A stretch of DNA of 64,000 bases from Treponema sp. (GTDB taxonomy: Bacteria; Spirochaetota; Spirochaetia; Treponematales; Treponemataceae): contig JAFSJW010000051.1 of assembly GCA_017449265.1 (NCBI GenBank), positions 29,558 through 93,557 of the forward strand. The letters are read 5' to 3'. The notes below the pieces were generated by a model. That model did no database searches. It was not told the DNA's origin and was given only the letters and a program-made list of their open reading frames with translations. Position numbers and translations under genes: made by a program. Positions 59,050-64,000 of this stretch are shown here, piece after piece (the stretch's first letter is position 1; each line of letters opens with the position of its first letter).

Positions 59050-59132
59050 TACCGGGTCTGAGACTCGAACTCAGACGCCCGTGAAGGCAACAGATTTTGA
59101 GTCTGTAGTGTCTACCATTTCACCAACCCGGC
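59050..59132 (-). tRNA. tRNA-Leu (anticodon CAA)
   Basis: Reverse complement shows acceptor GCCGGGT/ACCCGGT, anticodon arm ACAGA-CTCAAAA-TCTGT, a long variable arm and GTTCGAGTC. Confidence 0.95.
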
Positions 59133-59248
59133 AGGTAAGAAAACTATATCAAAAATCATTTTTTAATACAAGTGCTTTTGGAAAAAAATCGATTTTCTGA
59201 TAGAATAGAATCGTTCGGAAAACTCTAAAAAAGGAATCATCAAAAGTA

Positions 59249-61105
59249 ATGGATTTTACGGGAAAATCACCAGAGGAAGTGTTAAAATCAGTTTTCGGAT
59301 ATGACAGTTTCCGCTTCCTCCAGAAAGATATAATTCAGAATGTTCTTAGCGGAAACGATACGCTTGCTATAATGCCTACTGGCGGCGGAAAGTCCTTGTG
59401 CTACCAGATTCCTGCTCTTATTTTTGACGGGCTTACTGTTGTTGTCTCGCCTCTAATTTCGCTAATGCAGGATCAGGTGGGGGCATTGAACGCGCTAGGT
59501 GTGAACGCGGTATTCCTCAATTCCAGCGTGCCGTGGGAGACATACCTTGATTCAATGAACTCTATCAGGCGCGGCGAAACGAAAATCGTCTATGTTTCTC
59601 CGGAGGGGCTTTCTTCGTCAAAAATCAGGGAGCTTATGCACGATGAGCGCGTGCGGGTAAAGTGCGTTACGATTGATGAGGCTCATTGCGTCTCAGAGTG
59701 GGGGCACGACTTTCGCCCCGATTATTTGGAAATATCTAGCATAAGGCGGGAGTTCAAGGATGCGGTTTTTCTTGCCCTTACAGCAACGGCAACGAGCCAA
59801 GTTCAGAAAGACATAATAAAAAATCTCGCGCTTTCCGAGCCTACAGTTCTTCATTCAAGTTTCAACCGCCCGAACATCTTTCTTTCAGTGCGTCCAAAGC
59901 GCAATTCGCTTTCCCAAATTGAGGAGTGCATCGACAGGCACGAGGGAGAGAGCGGAATCATCTACTGTTTTTCAAAGAAAGATGTTGACCAGATTACCGA
60001 GGATTTACGGAGCGACGGATATTCAGCCCTGAATTATCACGCCGGGCTTTCTGCGGAGGAAAGGCGGAATCATCAGCAAATGTTCATCAGGGACGATGTT
60101 CAGATTATGGTTGCAACAGTGGCGTTCGGAATGGGAATCAACAAGCCGAACGTGCGTTTCGTCATTCATCACACGCTCCCCAAGTCCATAGAGCAGTACT
60201 ATCAGGAAATCGGGCGGGCTGGGCGCGACGGTCTTCCCAGTGAGGCGATTCTTTTGTACTCTGCAGGCGACATCAAAAAAATCAGGTTTATTTTCGACGA
60301 GAATGTTGACATCGACAGGGCAGAGCGGCTTCTGAAAGGAATGACAAACTACTGCTCTGGGCAATGCTGCCGTCGCGCGGCTCTTCTCCAGTATTTCGGC
60401 GAGAAATTCGAGCCTGAGCCTGATGCTAAGGGCTGCTGCGATGTTTGCGATTCAGGCCCGGTTCCGCTTACTGACATGACCATTCCGTTCCAGAAACTTT
60501 TGAGCTGCATAATCAGAACTGGCTCGCGCTATGGGGCACACTATGTCATCGATGTTCTTCTTGGCTCCAAGAGTAAGAAAGTGCTTGAAAACGAACACGA
60601 CAAGATTTCCACATACGGAATCGGAACGGAAATGTCCAAAGAGCAGTGGCTTGATTTTGTTGACCTTCTGATTCTGCACGACGAGCTTATGAAGACGGGC
60701 GAATATTCGGTTCTGAATATAACGGCGGGCGGCTTGGCAAAGCTTCGGCTGCGCGAAAAGATTGAACTGCCGTTCCAGATGAAAAAGCCCGATAAGTTTT
60801 CTCTGGGAAAGCTCAAATTCCCAAAGCCGGAGAAAAGTTTTTCCGCATACAAGGCTGAAAACTATGGTTCGGACGGCAGCACTTCATCAAAAATCGTGGA
60901 TGAGCTGAAAAAGTGGCGGCGCGAGGAAGCCGTAAAAATGAAAATTCCGCCCTACCTGATTTTTGGCGACAGAACTCTTTTTGACATTGCGTCTAAAAAA
61001 CCCACGACTCTTTCAGAGCTTCTTGACTGCCACGGAATCGGAGAGAACAAGGCCGCCAAATTCTCTGGAAAAATCTTTGACATCGTGTCGCGCTTCTCGG
61101 ACTGA
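59249..61105 (+). CDS. recQ: ATP-dependent DNA helicase RecQ
   Basis: MPTGGGKSLCYQ, DEAHCVSEWGHDFRP and QEIGRAGRDG, with Zn/RQC and HRDC domains. Confidence 0.96.
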   Translation: MDFTGKSPEEVLKSVFGYDSFRFLQKDIIQNVLSGNDTLAIMPTGGGKSLCYQIPALIFDGLTVVVSPLISLMQDQVGALNALGVNAVFLNSSVPWETYLDSMNSIRRGETKIVYVSPEGLSSSKIRELMHDERVRVKCVTIDEAHCVSEWGHDFRPDYLEISSIRREFKDAVFLALTATATSQVQKDIIKNLALSEPTVLHSSFNRPNIFLSVRPKRNSLSQIEECIDRHEGESGIIYCFSKKDVDQITEDLRSDGYSALNYHAGLSAEERRNHQQMFIRDDVQIMVATVAFGMGINKPNVRFVIHHTLPKSIEQYYQEIGRAGRDGLPSEAILLYSAGDIKKIRFIFDENVDIDRAERLLKGMTNYCSGQCCRRAALLQYFGEKFEPEPDAKGCCDVCDSGPVPLTDMTIPFQKLLSCIIRTGSRYGAHYVIDVLLGSKSKKVLENEHDKISTYGIGTEMSKEQWLDFVDLLILHDELMKTGEYSVLNITAGGLAKLRLREKIELPFQMKKPDKFSLGKLKFPKPEKSFSAYKAENYGSDGSTSSKIVDELKKWRREEAVKMKIPPYLIFGDRTLFDIASKKPTTLSELLDCHGIGENKAAKFSGKIFDIVSRFSD

Positions 61106-61118
61106 CAGAATGAAAAGC

Positions 61119-61261
61119 GGTGGTTGAGCTTGTCGTAACCACCGCAATTAGAGCAACGGTGGTTGAGCTTGTCGGAATCACCGCAATTAGAGCAACGGTG
61201 GTTGAGCTTGTCGAAACCACCATATTTAGTGTTAATGGTCATTTCGACAGGCTCAATGACC
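61119..61261. repeat. REP-like palindrome array: three units at 39-bp period plus one inverted variant
   Basis: GGTGGTTGAGCTTGTCGnAAyCACC x3, separated by identical GCAATTAGAGCAAC linkers, then GGTCATTTCGACAGGCTCAATGACC. Confidence 0.85.
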
Positions 61262-61292
61262 GTATGCACGGAACTTATCGGATAGCTCATGT

Positions 61293-61994
61293 CTATTTGT
61301 ATTCTTTTGAGTAATCCACAAAGTCAGGAAGGTATTCAGCAAGATTCTGCATGCGCTTGTCGGTATCGTGGATAGTCTCAGCGATTGATTTAAGCTCATC
61401 CACAATATTGTCGGGCATAGAGTAGTCCTTCTTGTAATGAATCTGATGCTCAAGGCTTGCCCAAAAATCCATCGCTATAGTGCGTATCTGAATTTCCACA
61501 GGAATCTCGCGCTTCTGGTCACTGAACGAAACTCGCACTTTGACCACAACATGAAGGCTTCTGTAGCCGCTTTTCTTTGGCTCTTTGATGTAATCTTTCT
61601 GTTCGATAATTTCTATGTCGTCCAGAGTCTCAAGAATGTGAAGGACGCGGTACACATCGCTTATGAACGGACAAGTTATCCTGATTCCTGCTATGTCGAA
61701 GAGCTTTGTTACCATGTTATCAATCGTAATCGGAAGCCCTTTGCGCTGGAGTTTTTCCGCAATGCTCATCGGCTCTTTTATCCTGCTTGAAATAGAGCTG
61801 ATTGGTTTTCGTTCGTGCTTTGAAGTGAATTCGTCCTCCAGTATCTCAAACTGTGTCTTTACTTGCTTTATTGCGCTCTCGTACATCATAAACAGCTGCT
61901 GGAACTGCATTGCCATGTTGATAAGATCGCTTGTACTTACAAGCTGGTCTTTGTTGTCGTCCACGGCTTTTTTTAAAATAATTTCTTTGTCCAT
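61293..61994 (-). CDS. Small alarmone (p)ppGpp synthetase (RelP/RelQ type)
   Basis: SRIK, DIAGIRI, KDYIKEPKKSGYRSLH and EIQIRTIAMDFWASLEH. Confidence 0.93.
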   Translation of the reverse strand: MDKEIILKKAVDDNKDQLVSTSDLINMAMQFQQLFMMYESAIKQVKTQFEILEDEFTSKHERKPISSISSRIKEPMSIAEKLQRKGLPITIDNMVTKLFDIAGIRITCPFISDVYRVLHILETLDDIEIIEQKDYIKEPKKSGYRSLHVVVKVRVSFSDQKREIPVEIQIRTIAMDFWASLEHQIHYKKDYSMPDNIVDELKSIAETIHDTDKRMQNLAEYLPDFVDYSKEYK

Positions 61995-62049
61995 GCAATC
62001 TAATATAGCGAAAAAAATCCGTAAAGCAAAAGGATTTTAAAGATTCCCT

Positions 62050-62676
62050 TTAGAAAAGCTGCATTTGATATCCGACTGAAATATTCGTGCATTGAACTGA
62101 ACCGAGCAAGTCTCCGTTGGCCGTGTGTTTCAGCGTATCGTCCACCGTGATTTTGGTAAAGTCGCGGACGAAGCGGGTATTAATCAGGATATGACCTGGC
62201 CCTGTCTTAACGCCGAATGTTAGACCAGCCTCAAAGCCTAGATTGAAAGGATATTTTATGCTGTACTCATCGTCCCCGTTGATTTTTCCGAGCAGAACCG
62301 AAATGCGAGGCCCAAGCTCCGGCTGGAGGAAAAGAAGCTCGTTGAGATGGAACGAATATGTGACCATCACGGGAATTTCGAGCATAGTAAAGTTAAAGTC
62401 GCGGTCAGCAGTTTTTCTGTCAATTTTTATTGCGTGGTAGTGGATTCCGATTTCTGGCTGCAGGCTCAAGTTCTCTACGAACGGAAGCGATACGCTGACG
62501 AATGCGTTTCCGCCAAAACCTGCGGCGAGCTTTGTGTCTCCCGACCAGTCACCGCAGTCGAAGTCGAAGAAATTCATGCCCATACAGCCACGAAGTCCAA
62601 TCGTCAAATTCGGGGCTTCCGCAAAAATTGCAAGCGAAGCAATCAGAACTGCAAGTAAAAAAATATGTTTTTTCAT
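62050..62676 (-). CDS. Outer-membrane beta-barrel protein, paralog of 29559..30356
   Basis: Signal IFA|E, LQPEIGIHYH, LEIPVMVTY, FNLGFEAG and a terminal Phe. Confidence 0.8.
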   Translation of the reverse strand: MKKHIFLLAVLIASLAIFAEAPNLTIGLRGCMGMNFFDFDCGDWSGDTKLAAGFGGNAFVSVSLPFVENLSLQPEIGIHYHAIKIDRKTADRDFNFTMLEIPVMVTYSFHLNELLFLQPELGPRISVLLGKINGDDEYSIKYPFNLGFEAGLTFGVKTGPGHILINTRFVRDFTKITVDDTLKHTANGDLLGSVQCTNISVGYQMQLF

Positions 62677-62707
62677 AAAGCCCCCTCAAAACTATTGTAC
62701 CAGAGAT

Positions 62708-62889
62708 TAGAACTGTTAGGAAACTTCAGTTTTCCGAACAGCTCTATTTTATAAAAACTAAAATTTCTAAAAATCTCTCATAAGATTATAGATTCTGTAT
62801 TCGTGATTTGTCAAAAATTTTTTTCTGAAAAATGATATAATTATACTTGTGAGGTTCGTGTTCGGAAAACTGATGTTTTTTCCGAACAC
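62708..62889. repeat. Two GTTCGGAAA-family palindromes flanking divergent promoters
   Basis: Copies at 62708-62746 and 62858-62889; TATAAT on the minus strand at 62790-62785 and on the plus strand at 62836-62841. Confidence 0.8.
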
Positions 62890-62921
62890 ATCTATTCTTT
62901 CAAAAATCACATGGGGGAAGT

Positions 62922-64000
62922 ATGGACGAGAATGAAAAAGCACTGGATGCGGCTAAAGCACAGGCTCTTTGCTTTATATACAATTCGATTTTCAAAGATT
63001 TTATTTACAGGACAAAGGAATCGTCCGAGATTGAGAAATTTTTTTCTGAGATAGGGGAGATTGTTCCGCATCAGGCGTGCTTTTTTGAGCCGTGGTTCCG
63101 GGCTTTTGTGTGCGTGGCGAACAATGACGGAAAAGGCTCCAGCGAGAATTTCCTGAAAGCTCTTGCAGCACTTTCGGACGATGTTTTTCGCTTTGTTTCT
63201 GGAATCAAAAACGCGGATTATCTTCCGGCTTTTTTTCAGCAGGGACTGGCTTTTTTTCTGTACATAAACGATACCGAGAGCGCGAAAAAATTCTGGGCAA
63301 GGGGCGCGGAGAACGGGCTTTTTGCCAAGCCGGACTCTGAGTCGTTTTATGACAAAATTTTCAAGTCGTTCAAGGCTAAAGAGCAGTTTTGGGTTCAGTT
63401 CGCACCGAAAATGTTCTTTGACGAGAAAAAAGCCGCGGAAAGAGCTGTTTCGGACTACCGCGCGTCGGCAAAAACTGGTGATGCCCTGGCGGATGCAATA
63501 AACGACGCTGATTTTGCCGCGTTCGAGAGTTTGTGCGGCTCAATTGATTTTGACTCACGGAAAATAGCTGGCGTTTCTCTTCTATATTATGTCATACAGC
63601 GCAAGGAAATTCTTTGTGCCGGGGCGGGAAAATTCACCGAAAACCTTGTGCAGATTCAGGCTGACGCTATGATTTCGCGGCTCAACTTGTCCGCGCTGCC
63701 CGAGGATTTGCGCAACAGGCAGTATCTTGAGATTTTCCGCCAGATTCGCGTGACTTACGAGAAGTCGGGGCTTTCAAAGATAATGTTCTGCGCGCTCTTT
63801 TCAAAGGAAGGGGAGCTTGGCGAGAAAATAGCAGGAATCGAAAAAATTCTTGACATAATCATTGCGCAAACGAAAGATGTTGATTCATTCACAAAAAGCG
63901 CGGGCGGGAAAACTTCTACGAACGCGCTTCTTCTTGCCGCCGAAATCGGGGACGCGCCAACGCTGGGAAAACTTATTGCAAAAGGCTCTGATGTTGACAA
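62922..64000 (+). CDS. Ankyrin-repeat-containing protein, running off the window end (absent from the ORF track)
   Basis: GGGGAAG precedes ATG 62922 (MDENEKALDAAK...). The same frame at the window end reads TNALLLAAEIGDAPTLGKLIAKGSDVD, an ankyrin repeat. Confidence 0.75.
   Translation, partial: MDENEKALDAAKAQALCFIYNSIFKDFIYRTKESSEIEKFFSEIGEIVPHQACFFEPWFRAFVCVANNDGKGSSENFLKALAALSDDVFRFVSGIKNADYLPAFFQQGLAFFLYINDTESAKKFWARGAENGLFAKPDSESFYDKIFKSFKAKEQFWVQFAPKMFFDEKKAAERAVSDYRASAKTGDALADAINDADFAAFESLCGSIDFDSRKIAGVSLLYYVIQRKEILCAGAGKFTENLVQIQADAMISRLNLSALPEDLRNRQYLEIFRQIRVTYEKSGLSKIMFCALFSKEGELGEKIAGIEKILDIIIAQTKDVDSFTKSAGGKTSTNALLLAAEIGDAPTLGKLIAKGSDVD

Noticed and set aside
57440-59132. comM and tRNA-Leu as integration sites of a mobile element
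   Set aside because: comM is intact, and I saw no integrase or duplicated tRNA 3' end in the window.
61119-61221. Possible CRISPR array
   Set aside because: The linkers are only 14 bp and identical while the repeats themselves vary, and no cas genes are present. It fits a tandem REP-like array instead.
60952-61314. ORFs with repeated peptides (DKLNHRCSNCG, VVELV)
   Set aside because: They are translations of the 39-bp palindrome array, not genes.

Overview
The window looks like the chromosome of a host-associated, probably gut or rumen, Treponema-like spirochete. This is inferred from the rplU-prp-rpmA-obgE-nadD-yqeK-LCP-rsfS and ispE-spoVG-rplY-tilS gene order, the pectin enzymes and an FlgD-tailed giant protein. 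Bases 1-16.2 kb hold a tightly packed type II secretion-like operon (secretin, GspE, GspF, GspG, minor pseudopilins). It runs without a break into two lipoproteins, a clostripain-family lipoprotein protease and a 2047-aa Rhs protein with a Sec signal peptide, a Ser-Asp repeat and a C39-like peptidase tip, followed by two paralogous exported proteins. This candidate T2SS-coupled Rhs toxin/immunity system is the best lead for an undescribed system. Housekeeping genes and tRNAs follow, then a 4321-aa repetitive surface protein. A small toxin-antitoxin islet at 44.4-46.2 kb contains a putative nuclease with a convergent antisense sRNA, a DUF4160 remnant, and a PIN pair that appears broken by one point mutation. 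The remainder carries pectin enzymes, argS, a lipase-barrel fusion, a DUF4143 ATPase, comM, recQ and a small alarmone synthetase. Three families of short palindromic repeats are scattered through the window. All family assignments come from motifs recognised by eye; no database searches were run.
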